Part shown: one piece after another, positions 26,230 to 40,163 of the stretch | Position numbering within the stretch: position 1 is the stretch's first letter | Layout: the number at the start of each line of letters is the position of its first letter | From: Octopus vulgaris | Lineage: Eukaryota | Assembly (NCBI GenBank): GCA_951406725.2 | Contig: OX597816.1 | Coordinates: forward strand, 34,968,001 to 35,032,000 | Length of the DNA: 64,000 bases | Direction of reading: 5' to 3' | Notes under the pieces: generated by a model | Databases searched by the model: none | What the model was told of the DNA's origin: nothing | The model's input: only the letters and a program-made list of their open reading frames with translations | Position numbers and translations under genes: made by a program

Positions 26230-28190
26230 TCATTCCGTTGACGAATCATGGCTTTTTCCTCCTCAATATATTTGTGTTTCTTGCAACATCTCCCAGGTCT
26301 TTCTCGCTCTGCACTTTCATTCTCTTCTCCATCCGGTCGAACATCTTCATTCTCTGCCTTCCTCTCGCTCTCTTTCCCAACAGCTCAATCTCCACCATGT
26401 AACGCTCCATTCTGTAACCCATCCTGGGAAAATGACCAACAAATCTCCACTCTCTCTCTCTCTCTCTGATAGTATCCATCAACTGTATCTTCCTTTCCAA
26501 CTTCTTCAACCCTTCCACGTTCATTAACCTCTCTACCCACAATATTCTAAGCATTTTTTTGTGAAATCACATTTCTGCAACTTTGAGTCTCTTCTTCATG
26601 GCTTTCTTTATTGTCGAAGACTTACATCTATACGTTAGCGCCGACCAGATGGAGCACTTGAACAGTCTTTTCCGTTCCAATTCCTTTTGCACAAAAATGC
26701 TCCTCATATCAATAATGGTCATCTTTGCTAATCCAAATCTGCATTTGATGTCCTTATCTGACCTTCTGTCTGATGTTATCCACCTTCCTAGATATATGAA
26801 GCTGTCCTTCTCCTCTATTCCAGTTCTAGTCACCGTCAAGCGACATGGAACATCTGTAGGTATCAGAGGAAATTTTGGAATAAAGACATTTCTCTCTTTA
26901 TGACTACCTCTTATGATTGTTGCCTGGTGGACATGGGGCGTTATGGAAGTAATAATTAAGCGAGTTCCATTACACAGGCGAGGTGGGTCAAGATCCCTAA
27001 GCAACATAATGGGAGCATCCAGCTTTTGTATTAAGTTATGCTTTCTGGTACAGACCACTGAGGAGATTTTATGGCAGCTAATTGCCAATCCAAGCCTTCC
27101 ACTCTCCTCAGTCACGATTTTAATCAATCCCTGAAGCTCTTCTGTGTCCGCAAACAAAGCGGTATCGTCTGCGACCTCAGATTGTTATAATTCCTTTCTC
27201 CCAGTAGTAGATCTGCAACTGTGTTGATCTCACTGTACAGGTTGAATAAATCAGTTGACAAAATGCAAACCTGCCGGACGTCTTTCTGAATGTCAATCCA
27301 GTCGCCCAATTCTCCATGCACACTGATATCTCTCTTTCTGAAACCCAATACAAATTTCGAATCCTTCTTAGATCTTTCCCATAAATCTCGAGTTCTTCCA
27401 ACTTTCTCACCAACTCTTCATGCTTGACGCAGACACACGCCTTCACATATTCTATAAGACAGATGTAGAAGTTTTTTTTTGTTTCTTTATACACTTTTCC
27501 ACCAACGTCCACAAGTACAGAATTGAATTACTCCTCCTCGTTCCCGCTCTATAGCAGAACTGTTCATCTGTTAGGTTTCCCTAATATTAGCTTTCACAAC
27601 ACTCAAAATAATCTTTGTCACATGACTCATTAGGCTTATCAGTCTGTGATTTTTGCACTCGATTGTTCCAGACTTTTTAGGCAAGGCGATGAAGATTGAT
27701 TCCAGCATTTCTTCAGGTACATACCCCGACTTGTAAACACGGTTCGCTATGTTCTGTTAATTGTTCTACTCCCAAACTCCCCAAAGCAATTAATAGTTCA
27801 AATGTGGTGTTGTCATTTCCCGTCACTTTTCCACTTTCCATCTTGGCCATAGCCGGCTTCATTTCAGCTTCTGTAATCATATGGGCAGCCATCGGCTTGC
27901 TTATTTCTGGTTTTTCTTTTCTTCCATCATCAGCGTAGAGACCTTGGATGTGATCGGTCCACATTCACTTGACTGGATCGTCATCCATCAGAATTGTGTC
28001 AACTTCGTCTTCAATACAGCCTCTCAGATTTTCCTTCCGCATAAATATACCTTGTCTAACTTTTTCATACATCATCTGTGCTTCTTTCTTCTGTAGCTCT
28101 TCAATCTCTTCACAAGACCCCCTCCAGATATTCTTCCTTTGCTATTTTGCACATCTTTCGAATCTCTTATTAGGGATATGAGATAGAGAT
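26230..28190 (-). mobile_element. Older, distinct RTE-clade LINE fragment (RT region) carrying a Helitron-derived insert
   Basis: ITEAEM..SGKVTGND, KDVRQVCILSTDLFNLYSE, FIYLGRWITSD..DIKCR, GKRARGRQRMK across the ORFs at 26246-27964. Confidence 0.9.
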
Positions 28191-29765
28191 AACAGTGTAA
28201 CCAAATTGAAATGTAAAAAATTTGGGAACTCTATGATAAGAAGTTTATCTGACAAATATTGGCATCCAATTGAATTTCAATGTGCTTTATGGTTAATTAT
28301 AAAAAAAATATCGGGAATAAAAGATAGAAAAATCAAGAAAGCATTATGATGTCATAGTGAATAAATATATATATATATATATATTTTAAAAACAAAGTTC
28401 ATATTGTTCATCCAAAACAAATTATCATGATAAAAACACATATTCACCCATGTCAGTGTTTTATAAGATTAATTGTCTTGCAAGAAATAGCAGCCGTATC
28501 ACCTTCAAATTAGACTGAAAGACAAATGACACACTGTAGTGGGGAAACAAAACCATGACAATATAAAGAGTTACAAAATAAATGCAACACTTGAAATCAA
28601 ATGCAAAAAGTGATTTCAAATTAAATAATTTTTTGTATTTGATCTGCAAGATTGTTCATGTGAATTCCTGTGTTGAACCAAATTTTGTTGTTGTCTTGGG
28701 AGAATCATACTGCTGATAATAGTGACGCATACGCTAGTCCACTTTCACCTCTTTATCATAAGGCAATTAGTTAAATATCTAACCAACTAAGTAATCACTG
28801 GTTTGTTTAGTGTGCTGGTTAAACAGTCATTCGATTTGTTTGTCAAAGCGCTATCGTTACTATTTACGAATTCCTCAGTAGCATACACCGTCCCTCCCAG
28901 GAATGCCCACAATCTGGCCGAGAATTAGTTGTATGCTTGTGTACGTATATTGTCTGCTTACAAGAGAATGTAAGGTAAGAGTAACGAGGAGCCCGTATGT
29001 GTATCTGTGTGTACACACCAACGTGACTATCTGTATGTGCGTTTGTGTGTAGGTGACTACGTGTGTTACTTTGAGTATGTATTTGCATTCAACATCCGTG
29101 ACATCTTTAAGGATTCTGGTTTTTTTCTCAAGGTCATTTCGGTTCGCTCTTAGATTTGCTGGGGTTTGCTTCTCATCCTGTAATGGTTTATTGTTGTAGC
29201 TTCATGTGTTAGGTCGTGGTAGGGAGTGATAGAGGGGATGGGAGAACATTAGAGGCCTGTGAGCGTCATTGTACGTGTGTGTGTGTGTAGCTGTGAGTGT
29301 GCGCGCGTGAGTATATTGTCTAGTGTTTGTGATTTTGTTTGAGTCAGTTCTGTAAGTGACAGTGTATATTCGTATATGTGTGTGAATGCGTGCGTGTTTG
29401 GTCGTGTGTGTACATTCCAGTATGTGTGTGTGCGTGCGCGCATGAAAGTGTGTTAGTGACTTCAGATACTTTTTTGAATAGTTGCAAGTTAAGGGTTTGT
29501 ACGTTTGGTTTGTGTTCTTGCGTATCGATGAATATGTTTACACGAGTGTGCGTATGTGTACCCGTCCACGCGTGGGTGTGGATGGGCATGGTTGTGTATT
29601 GGAATCATTCATACTTACACGTATTTAGTTTTATCGATTTCTTCGTATGCCACTGTAATTCTAATCCTACCTTAACTGTACCTACTTATATAACCACGTA
29701 TGCGAGTTTCTGTATTTGTATGCTTTACTATTGAAAATGTACATATTTTCATGTATTATTTGTAA

Positions 29766-30178
29766 TAGCGGAGTGGCTGTGTGGTAAGTAGCTTGCTCAC
29801 CAACCACATGGTTCCGGGTTCAGTTTTACTGTGTGGAATCTTGGGCAAATGTCTTCTGCTATAGCCCCGGGCCGACCAATGCCTTGGGAGTGGATTTGGT
29901 AGACGGAAACTGAAAGAAGCCTGTCGTATATATGTATATATATATGTATATGTATGTGTGCATATGTTTGTGTGTCTGCGTTTTTCCCCCTAGCATTGCT
30001 TGACAACCGATGATGGTGTGCTTACGTCCCCATCACTTAGCGGTTCGGCAAAACAGACCTATAGAATAAGTAATTGGCTTACAAAGAATAAGTCCCGGGC
30101 TCGATTTGCTCGACTAAAGGCGGTGCTCCAGCATTGCCGCAGTCCAATGGCTGAAACAAGTAAAAGAGTAAAAGAGAG
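29766..30178 (+). mobile_element. tRNA-derived SINE family A, full length, with internal microsatellite
   Basis: A-box-like TGGCTGTGTGGTAAG, B-box-like GGTTCAG, CTTGGGCAA core, internal (TA/TG)n and AAAGAGT tail. Several other copies are present in the window. Confidence 0.85.
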
Positions 30179-30769
30179 AGTGAAGAGCGGGACCCGTGAA
30201 TATTTCATTCAGTTAACGGTAAACTTAATGGATTGTTTCTGAAAACTTTGTCCAAAACATCTCAAAGTGTAGCCCGTGTTGTATGTGTATCAAAAGATAG
30301 TCGCTCATCTGCTGGTAATTGAAAAGTGCAGGGAATTCGAATACGGTGATTACTTAATGCCCTTTATATAAAAACTTCATATACTTTATGCACTATTCTA
30401 TAGACCTAATACATACCACTCTCGCTCTTTCTTTCTTACTCTTCGCCTTACCCCCTTTTTTACTCTCTCTTATGTTTCGTTCGCTCTTTGCTTTTCCCAT
30501 TAGGTAGTTACACGAAAGCCTTATAGACAGGCTAAAATTACACATTTCACTCACCGCCACCACTTCCTCCAACAACTCTATCCTCCTCTTCATGTCTCCT
30601 TCCTACCACCACCCCACTAATGGAAGACCTTGATTAGAGAGGGCATGTCATGGATACCAACGAGGTGCACGGTGACTATTTCACTACCCGATTGATTCTT
30701 ATACTATTAGTTAGACATTGAAACAATTGAATAAAAAAAATAAAGAACTGATATTGAACCACTGTGTTG

Positions 30770-31575
<806 letters not shown>

Positions 31576-31591
31576 GAAAAGACATTGAAAA

Positions 31592-31637
<46 letters not shown>

Positions 31638-31689
31638 CATACATACATGCATACATACATACATACATACATAGAATATATATATATCT

Positions 31690-31905
31690 TTACTACACAC
31701 AAGGGGCTAAACATAGAGAGGACAAACAAGGACAAACAAAAGGATTAAGTCGATTACATCGACCTAGTGTGTAACTGGTACTTTATTTATCGACCCCAAG
31801 AAGATGAACGGCAATGTCGACCACGGCGGAATTTGAACTCAGAACGTAACGACAGACGAAATACCGCTAAGCATTTCGCCCGGTGCGTTAACGTTTCTGC
31901 CAGCT
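31690..31905 (-). mobile_element. tRNA-derived SINE family B
   Basis: Minus-strand GAGCTGGCAGAAACGTTAACGCACCGGGC..GTTCTGAGTTCAAATTCC (B-box). Degenerate relatives at ~37340-37680 and ~42215-42410. Confidence 0.8.
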
Positions 31906-32469
31906 CCTATATTTATATACATATAAATATACACACACGTATAGCGAGAGGCTGAATCCAAGTATGTATGAGAATATTTATGATTATTTCTGATTACTAA
32001 CGCAGTTTTGTGGATGTATATTTACCATCAGTAAATATCTTCTGAAAGCAATGTTTTTATTCAAATCAAGTACAAATTGCTGAACTCCGAAATGCGTGTT
32101 TCAACAGAAACAAAACGAATAACGTAAAAGTATAGCTAAGCGAGCACGTACACTATATCTTCAATTACACAATTTTTTTGTGTTGAGGCGAATATTTTAA
32201 ACAATGTGTATCCCATGAAATGCAGCGTATGTTATCACCCAATGAAATTATTCTAATTACCACAGAGATTAAATTGACAGGCATATATACACAGACACAA
32301 CCAACTTTGATATTAAGGAAATTCAAGCATAAGGCAAATATACTTCAGGATCTCTGTTATGGGATGTGAAGCACAGTTATTGTTTAGACATATGCCGTCC
32401 TAGTCGAGCAAATTTAATTTGTAAAAACGTTTAGTACGGTTGTTATTGTGAAATATGTTTTAAATAAAC

Positions 32470-33830
32470 AAAAGCGTCTTTATTAATTGGGGGACTCTTC
32501 AAAGAATTACAACCGTGTTTCATGGTCTGCTACGACAACAGCTCCTATATAGGATCCAGTTAGTTCAAGACATCATGTGGAGGAACCACGTCCGGTTTCG
32601 GCCCCTACCTCTTCACCGTTTTTACGTGGCGCGGCCCCCACTTTCGGAGGTGTCTTCAGCTTTGGTGTTGGGTGCATGTCTTCTTTCTTCTGTTCCCTAG
32701 GCCTCTTCGATGTATCGTCAGCGAGTGTCAGCCGGTGACCGACTGACTTGTCAAATTTTTCCCTTTAAATACCTGCCCCTAGCCTCCAGCAGGCAGACCC
32801 AGCAAGTTGTCACGTGACACTGTCTCACCTTAACTGAATTGTAGTTTTAGCCCGCGCATTCTCTAAACGACCGTCACTTATCAGTCAGCGAAGCTGATTC
32901 AGTGTCAGCTTGTCTCACATAATAATGTTATTTCCCGCCGGCATGTAATGTCTGTCAAGCCATTTTCGGTATTCCCGCTTCAGCCATATATAGACCGCCT
33001 CCTGTACTCTCCTTATTAGTTTTCGCAGCTCGGAGCTAGAAAAAACAAATCTTCTTTTGAAAAGCGTTGTCATTTTCCTTTCAATGAAGCCTCTAGCCCC
33101 CACTGCCAGGTGATAATATTCGACATCCCATCCCTGTTCTCTGCATTCTACGATTAGAATTTCGTACCTCTTCTCCTTTCATTCTTCTGCATTGGCGATG
33201 TCCTCTTCCCAAGGTAGTGTCAGTTCTAGTAAAATTTCTATTGTCCGGTCTCTGTTCCATAGGCCTACATCCGGTCTTTTTGTTGTTTTTATTAGTGGAA
33301 ATATTACTTGTCTTTCCAAGTCCGTGGCCACCTCCCATTATCCCTTCGATCTTTCGTCTATCTGGTATACTTTACTTGTAGGCCTGGTTTTATGTCCTTT
33401 TCCCTCCTTGTGGAAGTATACTTTCCTGCGCTTTTCTACTTGTGGGTACTCTCCCCTATTGTACCTCTCGATCTTCTCCTTGAGTGCTGCACTTATGACG
33501 CCGAGGACTTGATTATGCCGTCATGTATATATGTCTAGTCCTAGTCTGCAACTTGACAGAACATGTCTAACTGTCGCCTTCTCTCCGCATCGGTTGTTTT
33601 TATGTTCTACCGGACTAAGTTCGCCGGTGAGAGTCGAACGTCGAAGGTAGACTTGATCAGGAAGGAGTTCTTGCTTGTTCCCAAGCCCAAAGTTCCTTCC
33701 AGGATATTCCGCGGTTGATCACATATTCCTCCAATCTCAGGCACTGTCCCCGTTGACTGCATTGCACCAAATGTACATTTCGCCTTTCTTCTTCCTCCTT
33801 TCTCACTTTGTACACCACTGCCTTTCAAAC
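32470..33830 (-). mobile_element. HERO-like RLE non-LTR retrotransposon 3' portion with 3' UTR
   Basis: CGEKATVRHVLSSC, RHNQVL, RPDVGLW, ELTLPWEE, KRYE, VGARGF..VYIWLKRE in order. Confidence 0.85.
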
Positions 33831-33994
33831 AAGAGGTAGATGATAACAATCTTTTATATATGGTTCTAGAATTTTGTTTTGTAACAGATCTAACTAGTAT
33901 GTCATTCAATAATCTATCAGGTAACAAAATACGTGTGCATGTGTGATTGTGTGTGAATGTATGTGTGGGGACTTCACAGGATATTCTTGTATTC

Positions 33995-34203
33995 GGTTAC
34001 TTGTTTCATTAATTTGACTGCGGCCATACTGGAATACCACTTTAAAGAGTTGAAGCCGAAAATCTCCAGCCTAGAATTTTTTTAAACTTAGTACTTCTAT
34101 CAGTTACATCTAACGAACTGTTAATTTACCATCACTCAAACACGTCAACACTGGGTGTCAAGGGGTGATGGGGACAAACACTGACATAAAGACGTACACA
34201 CAT

Positions 34204-34274
<71 letters not shown>

Positions 34275-34778
34275 TATACATATATACTTTGATATTTTGA
34301 TAGGTTTCGGCCATTATTGGCCCAGGCCATGTCTAACTTAATAGCACCACCTGGTATGTATGTATGTATGTATGTATGTATGTATGTATGTATGTATGTA
34401 TGTATGTATGTTTGTATGTATTTGACGCCATTATTGATCGCTAGCCACTAAAGCTTTTTTTTATTTTCGCTCTCTGCGTATTTCTGTATTCATTTCTGTT
34501 GAAGAGCGTAGGCTCGAAACGTAAAAGCCTTTCTCACTTCCCGAGCGTGAAAATAATACATCTATTTTTGTTTACACACCTCTCTTTTGTTTTGTTTTTT
34601 TTCTGTAAATTCCAACTATATATTTAACGGGCTTCTTTAATTGTCCGTCTAGCAAATCCACTCACAATGCTATGGTCGACCTGAGGCTATAGAAGAAGAC
34701 ACTTGCCCAAGGTGCCACTCAGTGGGACTGAACTTGGAACGATGTAGTTGGGAAGCAAGCCCGTTACCACACAGCCGG
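33995..34778 (-). mobile_element. SINE family A split by an insertion in its internal (TA)n
   Basis: Head at 34625-34778 and tail at 33995-34200, with foreign sequence at ~34290-34620. Confidence 0.75.
34493..34526 (+). ncRNA. Minimal hammerhead-like motif (core variant)
   Basis: UUU-CUGUUGA-A-GAGC-GUAG-GCUC-GAAAC-GUA-AAA. The core has CUGU instead of CUGA, with palindromic ACGU stem III. Confidence 0.55.
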
Positions 34779-35199
34779 CTTTGAAAGGCACCTAGTGATT
34801 CCAAGGCAAGGAAAATATTGTTGAAATGGTTAAAAAAAGGACGTGGCCACAATAATTTTAAAACTAAATACGGAGAACATTGAATATAATAGAAATATGA
34901 ATACGCTGTCAGATATGTTTTGTGTCTCGGAGAAATATGTATTCTTGTAATACACCAAACTATAATTGGTGCTTATATTCTTCTATGAATTAGATTTGCC
35001 TTAATAAATGATTAATAATGCTCCTTCAGATTATGTAAATGTTCGTGCTCACTACATATTTACGTGTATTTATACAAGCATACATGTATAAGCACCCAAC
35101 GATAAAGAACATACATTTATACAAATGAATGCATGCGTGCATGCGTGCACACAAATACAAACAATTATATATTTACACACATACGCACACACACATATA

Positions 35200-35221
35200 C
35201 ATACATATACATACATGAATT

Positions 35222-35279
<58 letters not shown>

Positions 35280-35319
35280 CATATATATATATATGTATCC
35301 ATATATGTATGTATATATG

Positions 35320-35351
<32 letters not shown>

Positions 35352-35354
35352 ACA

Positions 35355-35416
<62 letters not shown>

Positions 35417-35440
35417 GTGCATGTATATGTATATATATGT
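35200..35440. repeat. (TA)n/(TACA)n compound microsatellite
   Basis: Direct reading of the sequence. Confidence 0.95.
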
Positions 35441-37682
35441 TTTTATGTATAGGATATTCAGCTATAGATTGTATTGTGAATCCAACAAAAACGTTAAAAA
35501 CGTTAAAAACGTTTTCCTTTACTTCACTGCATAAACATTTATGATGTTGAATAAAAAAAATGGTTGAAAGAATTATTCTCTTAGAAGTGGCTGCTGTGAT
35601 AGCAACATCTTCAGGAAGTGAGGTGTAAGCACTTATTTCAACACAATTGCCAATCAGTTAAAATAAGCTGGTTTTTTATAGCATTTAATACAATAAAAGA
35701 ACTATTGCGTAACTAATTACACTCAATGAAGATAAGTACACCAAACGAAAATAAACCACGTTGTTTCCTCATTAATTCAGTATTCTCAATGCGTATATTT
35801 CAGCATAGGCGTAAATTCTTCTGTCTTTTGAGACATGATTATCTCATGTCAGTTCAATATGGTTTAGGTTTTCAATAAATCAACAATACATCAGTAATCT
35901 ATGTTATTTACTTTTTAAACTAGTGAAATTTAGAAATTAATTCTTAATGTAAAAGAGAATGCTTTGGTGAGAAATATTATTAGCTCTGATTCTATTTTGG
36001 TTTGAATGAGTAAACAACAGATGATGATTACCATACTTTACTAGAAATAAAAGTATTTGTCGACCAGATCAAGTTTCCTTTTCCTCTACTATATCTTCCG
36101 TAGTGGTGTGAGTTTTCCATTCTTTCCAAATGAATTTGCTGATGGTTCTTTTTCCTCCCACTACTTTTATTAGAGACATGTTTGAGGAACACTGCAGTAA
36201 CTTTTCTTAAAACATAAAATGCAATGTAATGATCTCTTATATCATGACAATTTCCTTACTCATAAATTAAATAGAATAAGTACACACGCTTATGTGTTGC
36301 ACAAAATGAACGAGATAATAATATCACTAACAATTACATGTTTTGATGATATTAATATGTACCAAACAGGAATACTTAAAATGAAAATAAATGCATTAAT
36401 TCTATCTCTGAAATGCTTGTATTACGAATATATGAACAATCTTAGATAAATTTTAATCGCTTCAAAAAATCGCAATAATGCTGAATCATATTGTATTTCA
36501 TTCAATTTTCGAAAAGTTAATGAATGTCTTTTATGGTAATGTATCCCAGATTTATTTTAAAATTTACGCTTTCTTATGTATTTTGTAATCTTGTAAATCT
36601 TGGCAGATTTAAATCACATTTCTGTAGTCTATGCGAAAACGTAGTATATAAAAAACAAGCCACCATCGGGTAGAGTGGGGAAAACTGATAAAACTGCGAT
36701 ATTTACATTTTTTATGTTTCTGTCAAATATTGAAAGAAGAAATCTACAATACCTGAGTGAATGATAAACTCTAACGCTAATCATCAACAATCATATTCTT
36801 GTTGTCATGACTACATGCTGTTTTAAAATGACAAAATATTTCTTTATCAGCAACGGAATACATTATTATTATCCATTGTATATACTTAATTAAAGGTAAA
36901 AATGAAACGCAGGTGTTTGCTTAAACTGTTGCCGAATAACCACTTTATAATTTAAGTGCAATGAAATGAAATTTCAACCGTGTCTCTTCAACGGTTTTGA
37001 AGTACGTTTTATATCCCAAAACAACAAATTAAATCGCTGTTTCATTGCTTCTACTTGCTAGCCTAAAGTCATGCACTGCTATGTAAAATCATATTTAAGG
37101 TTTTCCTTAGACAAATGAATGACAAAAGTTGAGCAATATTCTTCCTTTAATTTTTTTTTTAATTAGATTTAATTTACTATGTATTTCTGGAATAAGTACA
37201 TTTAGACAGAGAAGGATTAGCAACGGTCATCAGGAACAAAACTAGTAGCTACAATGATAATGGTTTCTTATTTAGACGTACGGCAAGTAGATCAATTTTA
37301 CATTGGAGTTGTGGTTGCTATCATTAACTCTAGTACTGTACTTCAGCGATAGTTTATGCTATCGATCCAGAAATGATAAACCGCAGTGTTGAACACGGTG
37401 AAATTTGAACCCAAAAAGTAAAGTATCACGGTTAAGACTACAAAATATTTTGCAAGGCTCCTACTTACTTGCCAACTTGATACATTAACAGCCAGAACAC
37501 GAACCAAAATAATGTTTTCTGTTTTGTATATAATCCAGCAATCAAGCACAGTACATCAATAGTACATTATTATATCGATCCTCGAGGCTACAAATGTAAA
37601 GTTGGACTTGGCTGGATTTGAACTCAAAAAGTAAAAGGGCGGATGAAATACCATGAAGCAAATCATTCGACACTCTAGCGAT

Positions 37683-39598
37683 TATTTCGAACTAGCATTT
37701 GATAGTATGCCACGCACATGAATCCTAAAGACATTAGCTATGAACAAGGTAGCACCAATAATCATAAAATATATAACACATTCCATGAATAAATGGCAGA
37801 CAGTGCGACAGCTCCGAGAAACGAAATCCATCCCCATTATGAGAGGAATATTCCAGGGAGACACGCTCTCTTTACTCCTTTTCTGCTTGGCACTGACACC
37901 TTTATCTAATATGCTAAACAGAACTGGATGTGAATGCAACAGTTACGGTAAGTCAACGGGCCACCTCATATATATGAATGATCTAAAACTGTACGCTACA
38001 AATAATAAACACCTGGAAACATAACTACAGATTTTACATGGATTTACGAAAGAAATAAACATGAAATTTGCCTTAGAAAAATGTGCCAAGAAGAAAGATA
38101 ATTAAGGGTAGCAACATCCCAGTAGATAATGCAAATGAAATAAAATATTAGACCAAAAACAGACATACAAATACTTAGCAATCAATAAACTAGATGCGAT
38201 ACAGCACACACAAAAGAAAGAGAAGATAAAAAATACTATAGACGCGTTAGATTAATACGGGGAACAGAGCTAATTGCCAAAACAAGGTATCAACTGGGAA
38301 CAGAGCTAAATGCCAAAACAAGGTATCAACACACTAGCCGTCCCAGTAATAAGTTATAGCTACAATATTCTTAATTGGACACTAAATGAACTAATCAAAA
38401 TAGACTGGAAAACATTAAAAATAATGACAGTATTTAGGATACACCACACAAAATCTAAAATAGGCAGGTTATATATACAACGTATCGAATGTAGTACAGG
38501 CTTTATAGATCTAGAAAACTATTACAAAATAACCATTATACGACTACAGTAATACCTACTCCGTGTAAATCTAATACAAATATACACAAATGAGAACAAA
38601 ACGAAAAAGTGTTTTCAGTCCTTAAGGAAGCTGATAAATACAAAAAAAAAAGAAGTCATAATACCTAACGAGTATGAAGTAAAGGGGGAATCAAGGAAAG
38701 CTCTAAAAAAAGACAACTGAAATCCAAACTAAAACTGGAACAGCAACGGATCATGATAAGACGACAGCAAATAACTGCAAGAAAAGCGCCTTCATAACAA
38801 ATACTGTTTTAAATTAAACAGAAAAGAAAGTGACAAAGAAAACTCCCAAAAATGGCTGAGGCGGAAGGATTTTTAAGTGCAGCACAAGAACAAAGCTTTC
38901 CCACAAGAAATTTCCAAAAACCTGCAATGAAAAAAAAAAGCAATAACTGCAGAATGTGTGGAGATGAAAAAAAACCAATAAATCATATTGTCTCTGGTTG
39001 CCCAGTCTTGGTTAAGAATGAATATATCCACAGACACGATAGTGTTGGGTCCTGGAAGCTCTGCCAACATTATGGAATAACAAAAGAAAGAAGATAGAGT
39101 ATGCACACGCCAGAAAAGGTAGAAGAAAATGAGTATGCAACCACAACTTGGGATATGCCAATACACACAGATAGAGAAATTAAGTCTTATAAGCCGTATG
39201 TAGTTGTCAGAGATCATGAAGAAAAGAAAATGCCTTCTAATCGATGTAGCAATACGAACAGATGAAAATGTATCTTTAAAAAAACCGAAAAACGTTCAAA
39301 ATATAGGGATCTATAAATAGAGGTAACTCGAATGTGGAGTCTGAAAGCAGAAACAACTCCTATCATAGTAGGCGCTTTAGGTATGATAAAAATATCCAGA
39401 CAAATACATAACAAAAACACCAACACTAACAAGTATGTATAACATAGAGAAAATAGCACTACTAGGAACCGCACACATCCTACGTAAAACACTTTCAATA
39501 AACTAAAAATAAGATCAACGCAAGAAACCACAGTACATACACAAGGCACACAGAGCTGTACTCGGCAGTGAAAGCACGTGATAAAAGTAAGATCACTG

Positions 39599-39600
<2 letters not shown>
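37683..39600 (+). mobile_element. R4/Dong-like RLE LINE, 5'-truncated pseudogene
   Basis: RGIFQGDTLS..HLIYMNDLKLYA (RT), INTLAVPVISYS, EGFL.AAQEQ, CRMCG..INHIVSGCP..YIHRHD (CCHC) and RLE motifs, followed by (TAA)n at 39600-39711. Confidence 0.9.
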
Positions 39601-39641
<41 letters not shown>

Positions 39642-39644
39642 GTA

Positions 39645-39711
<67 letters not shown>

Positions 39712-39714
<3 letters not shown>

Positions 39715-40013
39715 TGCAGTACCAGGCAGTGGCCCCTGATGCAGTACCAGGCAGTGGCTCTCATGGCTTCTGACCTTAACTGATTGGAAGTGTTATCATG
39801 ATAACCAGTTGAGCATGTCCCTTAGTGGCTGACGATATGTGCATCTCTGATCACGAGCAGAAGTAGCGGGGGAGCATCATAGCCATGTGTTGAGAGGGAT
39901 TCTTTGGGGTTTAAATAATTCACCTCTGGAAACATGGGTGGTTCTTTCAACATCCTTAAACAACCCTTATTCAGGGACCTTTGATGATGATGATGATGAT
40001 GATGATATATGAG

Positions 40014-40074
<61 letters not shown>

Positions 40075-40091
40075 TGATGATGATGATGATG

Positions 40092-40163
<72 letters not shown>

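Noticed and set aside
29766-29835. tRNA gene
   Set aside because: It has Pol III boxes but no full cloverleaf and continues into a SINE body. The same applies to 51440-51508.
38260-38332. ~36-bp tandem duplication in the Dong-like element (also short ones at ~39712 and ~58193)
   Set aside because: Ordinary slippage-type duplication of little interest.
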